Source: Lama glama
Taxonomy: Eukaryota
Direction: 5' to 3'
Length of the DNA: 64,000 nucleotides
Assembly: GCA_028534125.1 (NCBI GenBank)
Contig: CM052818.1
Coordinates: forward strand, 10,480,001 to 10,544,000
In this document: piece by piece, positions 1 through 12,780 of the stretch
Layout: each line of letters opens with the position of its first letter
Position numbering within the stretch: position 1 is the first letter of the stretch
Notes under the pieces: model-generated
Seen by the model: only the letters and a program-made list of their open reading frames with translations
Told to the model about the DNA's origin: nothing
The model's database searches: none
Program-made: the position numbers and the translations under genes

Positions 1-795
1 CAAGAAACAATTGTTGGTAAGGATGTGGAGAAAAGGGAACTCTTATGCACTGTTGATGGGAATGTAAATTGGTGCCGCCACCAAGGAAAAGAGTGTGGAA
101 ATTCCTCAAAAAATTAAAAATAGAACTACCATATGATTCACAAATTACACTTTAGGATGTTTATCTGAAGAAAGCAAATATACCAATTTGAAAAGATATA
201 TGTAGCTCTAAGTTAATTGCAGCATTATTTACAATAGCCAGGATATGGAAGCAACCTAAATGTCCATCAGTAGATGAATGGATACAGAATATGTGGTGGA
301 TATCTAGAATGGAATATTACTGAGCCATAAAAAGAAAGAAATCTTGCTATTTGCAGCAACATGGATGGACCTAGAAGGTATTATGCTAAGTAAAGTAAGT
401 CAGACAGAGAAAGACAAATGCCATTTGATTTTACTTATATGTGGAATCTAAAAAACAAAACAAACGAACAAAATAAAATAGAAACAGACTCAGATACAGA
501 GAAGAAACTGGTGGTTGCCAGAGGGGAGGAAGGTGTGTGTGTTGGGGCAAATAAAATACGTGAAGGGGATTAAAAGGTACAGACTTACAGCTATAAAACA
601 AATAAGTCATGGGGATGTAATGTACAGAATAGGGAATTTAGTCAGTGATATTGTAACAATTTTGTATGGTGACAGATGGTAAGTAGACTCATCATGGTGA
701 TCATTTCATAATATATAAAAATATCGAATCACTATGATGTACTCCTGAAACTAATATAATATTGTGTGTTAATTAAAATTCAGTAAAAAAAAGAA
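1..795 (+). mobile_element. LINE-1 3' end (decayed ORF2 C-terminus, 3'UTR, A-tail), runs off the window start
   Basis: Hallmark L1 motifs ggatgtggagaaaagggaac, aaaatagaactaccatatga, aacctaaatgtccatcagtagatgaatggata, gcaacatggatggacctagaagg; ends in an A-rich tail at ~785-795. Confidence 0.95.
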
Positions 796-796
796 A

Positions 797-1150
797 TTTG
801 TGCTAATTTTGCTGTTACACCTCAGACTGCAAAAGTTATGGCCAGTGTGTGTAAAGTGCTTAGTTAAGATGAAAGAGGCATTAAATTTATATACCAAGAT
901 ATCGAGAGAGAGAAAGAGAGACCAAATCCATATAACTTTTATTATAGTGTATTGTTATAATTGTTCTATTTTATTGTTAGTTATTGCTGGTAATCTCTTA
1001 CTGAGCCTAATTTATAAATTAAAGTTTATCATAGTTATGTACATATAGGAAAAAACATAGTATGTTCAGGGCTTGGTACTGAAATCTGCAGTTTCAGGCA
1101 TTCACTGGAGGTCTTGAACAATTTCCCCATGAATAAGGGGAAACAGTTGT
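797..1150 (+). mobile_element. TcMar-Tigger DNA transposon fragment, MER44/Tigger7-like (terminal part)
   Basis: Matches recalled MER44 sequence: gtgcttagttaagatgaaagaggcattaaattt ... ataggaaaaaacatagtatg ... tttcaggcattcactggaggtcttg ... ataaggggg; ends at a TA. Confidence 0.85.
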
Positions 1151-1539
1151 ACTTAGTGTGACATTATTGGCCTTTTTTATCTGCTCATGGGCCTGTCTTG
1201 GAAAGAGCATATTATAATTATGTGGGGTGGGTGCTATGTCTTATACTTTATAACATCCTCTGGTACCACTTGCTGACCTAGTGACTACTTACTTTTTAAT
1301 AGGTGCCTTTTAATAGGCTTTTCATAGGTGCTGTCTATGTCCTTGGTTACAGCCTAGTCCTTATCAACATCTATAACTGTTCCTTCCCCAAAATCTTGAT
1401 TTCTAGCCTCACTTTTTGAACACTGTATGCTATGTTTTCAGCACCCCCTCTTCAGTGCTCTTCAGTCCCAAAGGAACCTTCAGTCTATGGAGTCTACTGC
1501 CTATTCCTCCTCTCCATTGTCCTCCTCAGGCTGAGAATC

Positions 1540-2390
1540 GCGGTTACTGATAAAACAAACATCCTTACATGGCACTGAGCACTCTTACCTGCTCCTTCTC
1601 CATTGAATTGTCCTGTCAAAGCCCTAACTCTGCCTACCCTGGACCCATGCCCAAGTAGCTAAACGTGGCTGGAGAAAGTACACCACTGTGTTGACTTTCC
1701 CTTTGTGAAGACAAATCTCAGTTCCACAATCTGACCACATTCCCTTTGTGAATTTACCTGCCTTCTCTTTCCAGATGCTACTTCAAACCTCCCTTCCCTT
1801 TAAAATGCCAACGCTCCTCCCTCCTTTGTGTGGAGGATCTCACTTCTTATTTTCCAGAGACAAATAGGAGTAGTCAGATGAGGATCTCTCCTCTGTGCAC
1901 CAGGACATGAACCGACCTCCCTGAGTGGGAACCATCATGCTCAGCCTACCTCCTGTGCGAGCTGTGCCACCTCTGACGTCAGCCCCTGCAGCTCAGCCCC
2001 TGCCCACCGCACTGCGGCCAGACTGGCCCTGTGCCATTTCTCTGGAGAGCCAGGCTTTTCTGCCTCAGGGCCCTCACACTTGCTGTTTTCTCCTCTCCGG
2101 TGTTCTTCCTCCAGATCTTTGCATGGCCCATTCTAAACAAGCTCTTCCTGACAACTCTATCAAAATAGGGCTCCCTCTCACGCCATCACTTTCAATCACC
2201 TTAGTTTCTTCATAGCACAGATTATCTACAGTGAACTCTTTATTTGTTTACTGTCTGTCTTCCCCAGGAGAATGTGGGCACAACAATGGGGGGACTTGTC
2301 TGTCTTGTTTCGTGCTCTGTTCCTAGCACCCAGAAGAGCCCCTGGCATATAGTAGGTACACAGTTAATGTCTACTGAATGAATGAATGAG
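1540..2390 (+). mobile_element. LINE-2 fragments ending in the L2 3' tail
   Basis: L2-like ggctggagaaagtacacc and pyrimidine-rich body; 3' end cctggcatatagtaggtacacagttaatgtctactgaatgaatgaatga. The left boundary is approximate. Confidence 0.8.
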
Positions 2391-3024
2391 CGAAAAAGTA
2401 GGACTATGTAAGTGATCCTGGGTAAATCACTTTTATTGGTGTCAATTTTTCTCATATATGAAGTAGGAGAATTGGCTCCCCATTGACTAATGCCTATTCC
2501 AGGTTCTGTTCTTCCTAAATGAAGGTCATTTGGATAACCACGGTCATTGTCCATGATCCAGCCACGGGTTTAGTGTGTGTTTAATGCCCACGAGTTCTGT
2601 GTGAATCCTGAGGGCATCTGCTGGACCAGATTTCTGCATTGTTTGGCTGCAGTGTTCTAGTCGTGGAAATTGAACAGTGGAAGAAAAATTGAGAATGCTG
2701 TGGGCATTTGAGAACATAAGTGCCAAGAGATGGCAAGGGAATTTAGTAAAGGCTGCTGCCCAGGTTAGGATGCCTTCACAAAGCAGGCAGGGTGGATTCT
2801 CAGCCAGGCTGCAGGCTCTGTGGAGAGTGTGTGCTGTGCTCAGCTGACCGTCCTTGGGTAGTCCCATAGGGCGGTGTCCCCAACGATCTATCTGTTCACT
2901 TACACCTTGGCCTGACCATATGCTAGTCCTGGGGAATTTTCAGTATTAGTCTAGGTAGAAGGGAGACATGTGTGTTTCCAGTTTGGTAAGGAGAGCCTAT
3001 GAAGGGTGATGTGAATCCTAAAGC

Positions 3025-3690
3025 TAATAGTAGTAATAGTTACAATGATACTAGATGCCTTTCCTTACACATGTGCCCGTGTACCACGGGTTTTATACAT
3101 TGTCTCATTTAATCTGCGATGGAGAAGATAAGTATGGCAGGTGCTGTTGGTGCCCCACCCACTTCCTTATCCCACCCCTGAGGCCACCAGTGGGTGCAGC
3201 GGACATGTCTCATGCCCACTGACATCTTCCCACCTCAAGCTTTCTCAGTTTCTCTGCCTGAGGGATTTTTCTCCTTCTATGCAGTAGCTTGCTCTGCCCA
3301 CACGCAAGGCAGCTCAGAAGTATAGGGGTCTTAATACCCTGATCCCAGGGTCAGTCTTTAACCAGTAAGGGACAAGAGTTAGTGGATACATACCCCAGCT
3401 TCTCCATCCTTTGATGGGATAATTCTGAGGTGCATCACACATGGAACCTAAGAAAGTCCCCAGGAGACAGGGCCTCATTGTCCACCACGATGACCAGTTC
3501 ACTTCCTGGCTGTTCTCAATCCCTGGTCTCATTTTCTTTCCTCTCTTACTTGTGTTTCTTATAGTCACCTATCTGATTAAAATAGAGTACCTGAGCCCAA
3601 ATCCTCCTCCCAAGGTCTACTTTTTGGGGAACCCAAACTAAGGCAATCATTGCTCCCCATTTTGCAGATGAAGACACTGCAGAGAGAAGG
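3025..3690 (-). mobile_element. MIR SINE interrupted by an LTR16 insertion (pieces ~3025-3120 and ~3646-3690)
   Basis: ttttatacattgtctcatttaatct lies left of the LTR and ccccattttgcagatgaagacactg right of it; these are consecutive MIR core segments in antisense. Confidence 0.7.
3133..3645 (+). mobile_element. ERVL solo LTR, LTR16-like
   Basis: Starts tatggcaggtgctgttggtgcccc and ends caaggtctactttttggggaacccaaactaaggca, the typical LTR16 termini. Confidence 0.8.
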
Positions 3691-4789
3691 AGCAGAGAAA
3701 TCTCCATGCCCCCAGTTTATGTTTCTCTTTAACCAGTTTGGAGCTTTCTAGACTGACTCCCATCTCCCTAAGTGAACCACAATCATCTTCAGTCACCAGG
3801 TTCTTAGGCCTCCGCCCAACTGTTTCTGAGATCTGAAAGCATTTGACTCTGTTTGATCTCTGGCAAGGAGCAGGCATCCCTGTGGGGCTGGAGGTGGAAC
3901 TCATGTTGAGACATGCAACCAAGACATCTAGGCCTACCTGGTTGAAAACAGTATGACACATTCTGGACACTCCAGCCTTAATGCCTGGGTAGATGTGATT
4001 GGACAGGCTGTGTTTGTCCTGCTGTGATGCATGTTGGAGTGACTTGAGATACAGGTGTGATTTTCTTCTTTTTCAAAGTCTCTTCTCCACCCTCAGAGAT
4101 CCGGGCAGTGTGTGGGTCACAGCATATCCTTGGGGGTTTGGGGTGAGCTTTTTAGCTCAAAGTATTAGAGGGAGGGAAAGAGACTTACCAGCAGGGGTGG
4201 TGGAACCCAAGCCAGGTATTTGGAACCGGGAAAGGTGGGATGATTTTTAAGGAGGAAGTGTTGGGGGAAGGAACAGGATTATGCTTTCTGGATCACAGTG
4301 AGGTCTCTAGCCTAGCATCCTCCTTGGTGACATTCTGGTGTTTGGAGCCCTCGTGACTGCAGCACTGTCTATATGGAGAAGCAAGGCTCACTTGATCAGG
4401 AGTATGCAGCAAGAGTGTTAAGACTCTGGTATAACAGGAGTAATGACCTTTGCTCCTTGGGGCTGTTAGGAGGATGGGGATTATGTCAGATGAGAGGACT
4501 CACAGCCTAGCACACCATGGCCTCTTGCCTGTCGGCCTTCCTCTGTGCCTTTCCACGGAGTGGCAACTCACTGAAAGGGAAGGTTTCTCCCCCTTTATGT
4601 CTGTGATATGGACTATATAACATCGTATGCAGAAGAAATCTTCTGTGAGAGGTGTTCATTGTAGGAAAGGTCTTGATTATTTAATGGGGACTTCCCTCTC
4701 CTCCCTGTAAACTGAGGAACATTAGCTGTGAACTGCTGTTGAGAAGGACGTCAGGTTCCCAGCTTTCTAGCTGGAAGAACGGTGGAAGA

Positions 4790-4930
4790 GCAGTGGTATG
4801 GGTGAGAATTATCTGGGGGAGCAGGTTCAAATACAGATTATCTCTCAGTGCCTGCAGAGATGCAGATTTAGTATGTGTCTACACCAGGTGGTTTACTGCT
4901 TCTTCTAAGAGACCATTTTGAGTATCAGTG
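4790..4930. mobile_element. hAT-Charlie MITE remnant, MER5A-like
   Basis: cagtggt... gagaattatctggggg... aaatacagatt... agatgcagatttagta ... ttttgagtatcagtg; degenerate. Confidence 0.5.
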
Positions 4931-6074
4931 ATGCTGACAACACCAGCACCCTCAAATTCATGATGCCTTGTGTTCCCAGAGCCCCATCCCTAGTGTTCGA
5001 GGTGTCACTGAGAGGCACGAAGTTTCCTTCTTTCTCAATGAGAGATAGCTTTCCAAGGCAAGCCCTTAGCAATAACAAAATGGCTCCTGGCCAGGGACTC
5101 CCATGTCATGAGCTACATCACATCCTGTGGACAGTCCCAGGACAGAGTCTTGGCATCTCTTCAGGGGAAATCCACCACTTTAAACGAATTGTTCCTTCAC
5201 TCAGTTACAGGAGCAGAAAACTTTCCCCCAACCTTGACATCATGCCTGCTTCTTGACAATCCAATTCAAGTGCTCTGTTCTTGGGTCTCAAATTGCACAT
5301 TTGTCCTTGAGCCAGGAAGAATGTGGGGCAGCCTAGCTGTAATTCAGTTGACTTTCAGGGGTAGGGATGGGAAAGGTCCTGAGGTCTCTTAGGGAAAAGC
5401 ATTGGTCCCCCTTCCCATCATGGGCCAGGAGGGTCACCTGGAGCTTCTCAAGTCCACAGACATAAAAGTCCCAGCTAGGCTGTGTGGTGAGCTCTCAACA
5501 TCACTGCAGGCCGGCAGGACCACACTGAGACTTAGCTTTTGGCCCGCGACCCAGCAGTCTGCTTGCTGATCTGTGAGGAGGCCCTTTATGGTTCCTTTTC
5601 ATTTCTGTGTCTGCCGGCTCCAGCACATGCTTTCCTCTATCTGATCTCTCATCCTTCCTTTGTGGTTCTCTCTTTTACTCCCTCTGTTCCCTCTCTGCAT
5701 TTTCCAGCCCTATACAATTGAAACATCTGTCTTAAATCTGCAGTGCTAGTCCAAATGTTTACTAGGCTTATTTAACAGGAAGAATAGTGGTAAGTGCTTC
5801 TGTTTTACTGAGTGATCCCCAGGCAGGAAAAAAGAAAATCCTCTGCCTACGAGGAAGGTACAGTCACCCTAAATTTGTATTCATAAGGAGGAGGAGAAGA
5901 CTAATATTGTGATTATAGCACCACTCATCAGTATTGGTCAGATCCCTTTCTGCCATCTCATCAGCAGCAACCCTGCTGCAGACCAAAGCCTGAGGAAGGA
6001 GAGCATCTTCAAGGGTTGGCTGAGGTGAGGGACAGTTGAACCATCACATCCTAAGCCCAAAGGGAGCTATATGC

Positions 6075-6575
6075 TTTTTAAAAACAACTATATTGAGGTA
6101 TGATTGACATACGATAAACTCCATATTTAAAGTGTACAATTTGATACATTTGAATGAGTGCACACATCTATGAAACTATCACCACAATGAAGACAGTGAC
6201 CATATCCATCCCTCAATATTACTTTGTAATCCTTTGTTGCCATCCCTCTGGTCCCCTCTGCCAACCTAAGCAACCACTGATCTGCTTTCTGTCACTGTAG
6301 GTTGGTTTGGATTTTCTAGAGTTTTATCTAAGTGCATTGTGTGTTTAGTAGTCCCTGCTTTTTATTGCTGAGAAATATTACATTGTATGCATAGACCACG
6401 ATTGTTAATCCAGTCACCTCTTGATGGATATTTGGGGCATTTCCGGTTTGGGTATATGATAAAACTGCTATAACATTTGTGTGTAAGTCCTTGTATGGAT
6501 AATATATATTTTCTTTTCTCTTGGATAAATACGTTGGAGTGGAATGCAGAGCCGTATGGTTTTTTAAGAAGCTGC
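6075..6575 (-). mobile_element. Old LINE-1 3' end (L1MB-like)
   Basis: Antisense L1 3'UTR: tattgaggtatgattgacatac...atatttaaagtgtacaatttga...gcaaccactgatctgctttctgtcactgtag...gatggatatttgggg. Confidence 0.9.
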
Positions 6576-6594
6576 AGGGATGATCGGAAAGAAT

Positions 6595-6735
6595 CCAGGT
6601 CTGGCAGTCAGGAAATCTGGGTTTAATCTCAGTTTTTCTAGTTACTAGATGTGTGACCTTAGGCAAGGCACTTAACAACTCTGGGTATTGGTTGCCTGTC
6701 TTTCAAATGAGATGAAAACTAATCTGTCTCACACA
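6595..6735 (+). mobile_element. MIR SINE
   Basis: ctgggtttaatctcag...ttactagatgtgtgaccttaggcaaggcacttaacaactctg core. Confidence 0.8.
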
Positions 6736-7249
6736 CACAGATGAGAGGAGGACCAAGGGACATAACCCAGGACATTGCCAAGTTTAAAGACTCTACAGGG
6801 CACTATGAAGAATAGGCTCCCAGAGGGATAATTATATGCGTTAGGTCTTTCTTTATCAAGAGAGAGAACTGTCCAAAGGCTTTGGAGATGAAGAATTGCA
6901 TTTGGTATTTTCTTGTTGCTCCCAGAAGCTGTTTCTTTCTTTTTCCCACCTTCCACATCCCTTCCATCTTCTGTTACGATTCTCCTACAAAGACAGGCCC
7001 ATTGAGCCAGGGTGAACTATTAAACTCATTGATTGAAGCAAGTCATAGTTGTAATTAACTTTCCTCTCCTGCCTTTGGTTCATAAATCCAGACTGGTAAA
7101 AGCAAAGCAGAAGAGTGGTATCATAGAGCTTAGATGTCAAGAAAGCTCTATGGTCCTTAAGAGTTTTACTAAGAAAAAGTTGTCAGAGTTGTCAGAAGGT
7201 TGTGTATTTGGGTCTGGTTTCTTAGGTCATCTTCTCTTCTCAGAGGTGT

Positions 7250-7480
7250 TATGCACAGTGGTTAGTGTGTTTGGAGTGTGACAGGCTTGTGCTCATGTCC
7301 AAGTCCTACTATGTACCGACTGCTGACCCCTGACTATATGTCTTGGGGATACTGCTTCACCTATAAGACTCCATTTCTTCATTTGTCAAATAGGAATGTT
7401 CACAATAATGCTTACCCAACTCAGTTGTTCTGAGGATTAACTAGAGTAAGGTGTGCATTTATTCTTTGAAAGTATAAAAT
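7250..7480 (+). mobile_element. MIR SINE
   Basis: cacagtggttagtgtg...tcttggggatactgcttcacc...atttcttcatttgtcaaatagga...gttgttctgaggattaa. Confidence 0.65.
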
Positions 7481-8599
7481 TTTACCAGACCTTTGTAGCT
7501 GTCTTTCTCTCCAGACTGCATGTCTTTAGGAAGGAATGATCCTTCAGTGGATGAATTGGGTGAACCTACACATTTTGTTGGGGTGGCAGAAGTCATCCAT
7601 CATTGTCAAGATATTGTCCTCCATATCTGAGGATATCGGTTCTCCTAGTATTGGTCACTACTTTGAGTTAAGTCAGTGGGCTGTCAGAAGGAAGAGCAAG
7701 TACATTTACTTCACAGCAGTCATCCAAATATTATTGTATAAATTACACCATTTTCTTAGCAGAGGTCTTCAGAATGTGGGCAGAGAGTGGGCATAGGTTA
7801 AAGTGATTGGGAGTGCAGAACCCTGGACCATACAAGAGAAATGTAAGGGCATCTAAATGGGTAGGAAATGACAAAGTTCACCTTCTCACTTATTTTTAGG
7901 ACCACTTCTGGCCGGGGGGAGGCAGTTTACTCCGTCATTTCATGGTTGCATCATTTCAGCACACTTGTTCTTGAGCTCCTTTAAACATTTTATTGTTCTT
8001 TTTCTGCTTCCCAAAGCCATCTGTGTGTCTATACTCTACCACTGGGGACAGTTTCTTACTAGATCAAACAACACTCTACCGGTTAAAGAGAGTTTCTCTT
8101 GCCCATGTTATTTTATTTATTCTGAAAATTTTTCTGTGAATTGGTGAAGAAAACAGATAATGCTATCTGCATTATAGAAATGGAAAAACAGAGGGATAAA
8201 GAGGCCAAAGGTCTTTTTTTGAGATCTCAAAATTAGTGGCAAAACCAAGTGGTCAAATATTTAGAATGTTAAGTTACTGAGGCTGCTGCCCTAGGCAAGA
8301 CTCCAGGACTCAAAGGTCTTGTTCTCACAGGGGCTGATTCTAGTCAGAGGAGGATGATTCCTACCAGAGGCAAAACTGGAGAGTGTACTTAACTAGGGCT
8401 GCCTGTGACAAGGGTATTATACTCTTGGCCAACATTACCCCCTTGGCCAGCAAATCCTGAACAGGTGGGCAGAGTGGGCACCAGCCTGACGCTGCTTCTC
8501 TGTGTGCTAGCCCTCTTTGTGGCTGGAGCCAGACACAGAGATTCTGCTTTCTCCAGTTCCTCTCTGCAGCATGTTAAATTTGGAAGGGATTTTTGGCTC

Positions 8600-8715
8600 T
8601 TTTTAATGAGGAAACTGAGGCACAAAGGAATGTGGTGACTCACTTGAGGTTATGCATCTAGTTGATGAAAACTCGGATCTCACTTCCATTTCAGCGTTCT
8701 TTCAGTAGCGCCGTG
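8600..8715 (-). mobile_element. MIR SINE fragment
   Basis: atgaggaaactgaggcacaaagga...gtgactcacttgaggtta antisense core. Confidence 0.7.
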
Positions 8716-9769
8716 CGTCTCCCTCTCAGACTCCGAGAACTGGGTCTGATGGGCTTTTGTGCGTTCACCATCTGGAATAAGAAGCACCATATCTACCGTT
8801 TACCACTGTCCATCTCTGAGGGGGAGGAGGCCTTGGTAGCATGGTACCTGCTTCTCCTCAGAGATGGGGCCACAGAAACACTAGAATCTGGTGAGTTCTT
8901 TGAGAAGACGGTCACTCACTGTCATGAGCCCAAGTCTTTATACCTTTGCCCACCTGTGGGTTTGTCACTCACCCTTTCCCCCTTGTTTCTCCATTAGCCT
9001 TCTGAAAATGAAACCATCTTCAGGAAGTCTAGGCTTCCAGAGAGCCAGATAGGGTGACTAAGAACAAGGAAATGGGCCAGTCCAAGGAATAATTATGAAG
9101 TAGGTAGCATTTGCCTTTACATCCTCTTGTCCATCATATCTCTTCACTCCCCTCACTTTCCTTTTTGTGCTGCTTTCCTGAACACCAAGATACTAACCAT
9201 TCCCACTCCTCACCTTCCTGGACCTGCCCCAAGTAGGATGCTTAGTGGTTCATGCCTCCTGCCAAAACCCACTATTCTTTGTCCTGAACTGTTGCCAAGG
9301 TACCAACTAGTAATACTCCAGTGCACAAATACATGTGAGGATTTAGTGGCTGGGCATGCTTTATTGTGTTACGATCTATGGTGTATCTGCATTTTGAAGG
9401 AAACCCTAAAGCTTACTATGACTCAGTCAGAGTCTTTTGGGACATGCAGCCACTGTAGCAGGCTGATGGGGGAGACTTAAATGATTCTAACCCTTATATC
9501 ACATCATACAGAGGCAGCCTGAGGAATCAAGAAGACATCAACCTCCATGGTGAATCCCTAGCAGCCTCCTTTTCATATGTGTGAGGTTTCAAGCACCACC
9601 TGATTGACTGAATTTCCCCCATATTTTCATAACCTCCAAATTCAATATGTCTCTTCTTGAACTTAAAAAAAGAAACCCAAAATGTGTCATTTGTGTGACC
9701 TTAGTACATAGTCATACTTCACCCTTGAAGCTTACTTCTCTGGCAACCTGAACATATTGGGAACATGGC

Positions 9770-11167
9770 CATAGCCCTACTCTTAATTTGTAGGGTCTAA
9801 GACAAAAGTGCAAATGGCAGCCCATTTAACATATGTCTAAATTTTTCATAATTGTAAATCAAGCTAACAGACTATTACATTCAGTGTGTCTATCCTCCAG
9901 TCTTGATAATTGTACCTTCCTAATGGCAACATTGACAAATATGTTTAAAGCTATGCTTATTATATGACTAAAGGTTGGCAGAAAATCAAAGATGACAGAA
10001 TTTAATTGTTCCTGTGCCTATTGGGAGTCAATTTTACTTTTGATGATGTTTGGCTAATTAATAAAATAAAGGCATGTATGTATTTTATTTTCTTAATTTA
10101 ATTTTAGCAAAAATCACCAATTATGAGATGATAAGATATTCACCTATTTGATTTCTTATTGACAGTCGTGGTCTAAGAAATAAAAACTGTAATTGTAATA
10201 AAAATGTACAAATGAAAATATTTTCATAAAAATATAATGCACATAAAACATAAAAGTTGTAATTATATTTATGTATGCTTTCAAAAAAGTTACTTTTCTT
10301 CTAAAATAGTTAAAGGTATTATAATAAAATACAAAATATAAACTATAATTAATGGCATCCAATTTTAAAATTGAAGTTTATAAAGAGTGGACATTTTTCA
10401 TTTACTTTTTGAAAACATAATAAATCGTATAAGAAAAAATTATTCTTAGTTTTAGTATTCAATGTCCATCTACATGCTAAAGATTCAGTATCATGCTTCA
10501 TGAATGTTACACATAGATTTATACAAATATATAAATTTAAGGGTTATATGAATTGTTGAATAGGTAAAATGTTCCCTAGTCACCCTGTACAACTGTTTTG
10601 AATATTGAGCTTATTCACAATTACCTGTGACGTTATGAATTGGAACACAAAGAAAGGTGCGAAAAAAAATGCTCAGCAGTGCCGGGAAACCAAAGTTATG
10701 CAAGAGTCTATTGAATTCGAGCTATCTACAGGGAGAGATTTGACAAGATAACTCAGATGCCTATTCTTTTAGCTAAGCAGTTAGTTCTCATGCTCAATTT
10801 TTCCACATTCTGAAGTAGCGTCAGTATCCATGTCAGCAGCCGTGAAGCCCGCAAATGTTTATGGCATCCAAACACAGCTGCTTCTTGTTTTGACGGAGGA
10901 CACAGGGAGAGAGATGTGGAGAAGACTCCCCTGGGGCCTGAACAGTGGTGATCATGAGAGTGAATGTTTAGGGTTACTGGTTGTGAGGTGGCAGCAGTGA
11001 ATGCTGGGTCTGAATGAGAGAGGCGCCAATGTGTTCTTTAATCACTGTATTTTATTTTGTTTATTTGTTTGTGACATATATCGGCTTCTCTAAAGTATGA
11101 GGCCTTCTCTAAAATATGTCACCAGGAGGGACAAGGATCCCTCTCATCCAGGTCTAGGGTAGCTGTG
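9770..11167. mobile_element. hAT-Tip100 DNA transposon, Zaphod/MER115-like, non-autonomous and AT-rich
   Basis: Left end taatttgtagggtctaagacaaaagtgcaaatggcagccc and right end ctaaagtatgaggccttctctaaa...ccctctcatccaggtctagggtagctgtg resemble recalled Zaphod-type termini; no intact transposase. Confidence 0.6.
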
Positions 11168-11173
11168 CACGAC

Positions 11174-11920
11174 TATATTAGTCTTAGGGTTCTTCAGACA
11201 TACAGAGCCAACAGGAGATATAGATGTATATATAAAACATAGAAATAAATAAATTCATTTATAAATAAATGTGATAAAATATAATGTGAACAAAAGTTAA
11301 AATATAGTAAATGGTAAAATAAATATCAAAACATAAATAAAACATACAAATTATTAATATTTATTAATATTCATGTCATTAATTTATATAACATAATAAA
11401 TAAAATATGTTAAAATATAATATGATGAAATATACAAATATATAATGTATTAAATATACATAAAATACATATATTATAAGAAATTGGCTTATGTGATCAT
11501 GGAGGCTGAGATGTCTCAAGAGCTGCATTTGGCCAGCTGGAGACCCAGGAGAACTGATGGTGTAGTTCTAGTCTGAGTCTGAAGGACTGAGAGCCAGGAG
11601 AGCCAACAGTGTGTCAATCTGAAAGCCAGCATGCCCAAGAGCTGATTTTTCAGTTCAAATTTGAAGGAAAAGACCACCGTCTTGGTTTAAGCAGCCAGGC
11701 AGGAGTTCTCTATTATTAAACTCTCTGCTCTATTTTGGTCTTCAGTTGATCAGATGAGGCACACCCACATTAGAGAGGGCAGTCTGTTCTACTCAGTCTA
11801 CCTATTCAAATGTTAATCAGGTCCAGGAACACCTTCCTGGACATACCTAGAATTATGCTTGACCAAATGTCTGGACTCCTTGTGGCCCAGTCAAGTTGAT
11901 ACATAAAATTAACTGTGATA
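11174..11920 (-). mobile_element. ERVL solo LTR, MLT2-type, with an expanded AT-rich internal tract
   Basis: tattagtcttagggttcttcagacatacagagccaacaggaga ... aagaaattggcttatgtgatcatggaggctgag ... gtggcccagtcaagttgatacataaaattaac; 5-bp flanks acgac (11169-11173) and acaac (11921-11925) fit a TSD with CpG decay. Confidence 0.9.
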
Positions 11921-12599
11921 ACAACCAAGACCCAGAAAATATGCAGAAAGATCTCTCCAGGTAGATGTTTCCACATGCATGGGCTCAGGCTGATGACTGA
12001 CGCTTGGAAGATGGGACATTTGTGCAGAAACTCTCCATTATCGACATTCGTGATGGCATAGCTAATTCTGTAACACTAAATTCTTGCTTCTGAGTAACCA
12101 AACAGATAAAGGTACATGTAGTAAACTTGATATAAAAAGGTGAGGAAATGCATAAAATGGTAGAAATACCTCATCTAAAACTGTCCCAACATTCTGAGTA
12201 TTCATAGCACAGTAGGGTTCAGTTATCAGGGATATTTACAAGCATGGAGAGCTCACTCCCCAGTGACTCCAGATCACATGAAATGCAGCGTTACGTGTGC
12301 ACACATGGTAAATATACCCAGTACAGTAACTGAGTACTTGTCAGGGAGCACTAGGTTTTTAAAGGGAATTATGAAAGAAGCAAGGAGTGAAGTCTTTGAC
12401 TGAGGAGCCTGAATCCGAGGAAGGTCCAAATATATATCCATAAACACAGGCCATAGAAATGTTCTGATGTATGTATAATTATACACACTTCATTCTTTGG
12501 CTTTCCACTTATCCACAATTGGATAATTTAGACCTAGGGCATGCAGCACTGATGGTGATTTTTTTGGCCAAGGACAGGATTTTCAAAGAAAACTAGGAA

Positions 12600-12780
12600 G
12601 GAAATATTTCTTGGATGTTCACATGTGTCAGGTAGTAAGACAGTGGTTTTATGTGCATTATCTCACTTAATCCTTTTAATAGTTCTGTGAGGTGGACTTT
12701 TTACCAATGAGGAAACTGAGTCTCACAGCAGTTAAATGTAGATTCAAATATAAATCAGCCTGACTCTAGAGCTACACATA
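12600..12780 (-). mobile_element. MIR SINE
   Basis: tgcattatctcacttaatcct...gtgaggtgg...atgaggaaactgagtctca. Confidence 0.8.
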
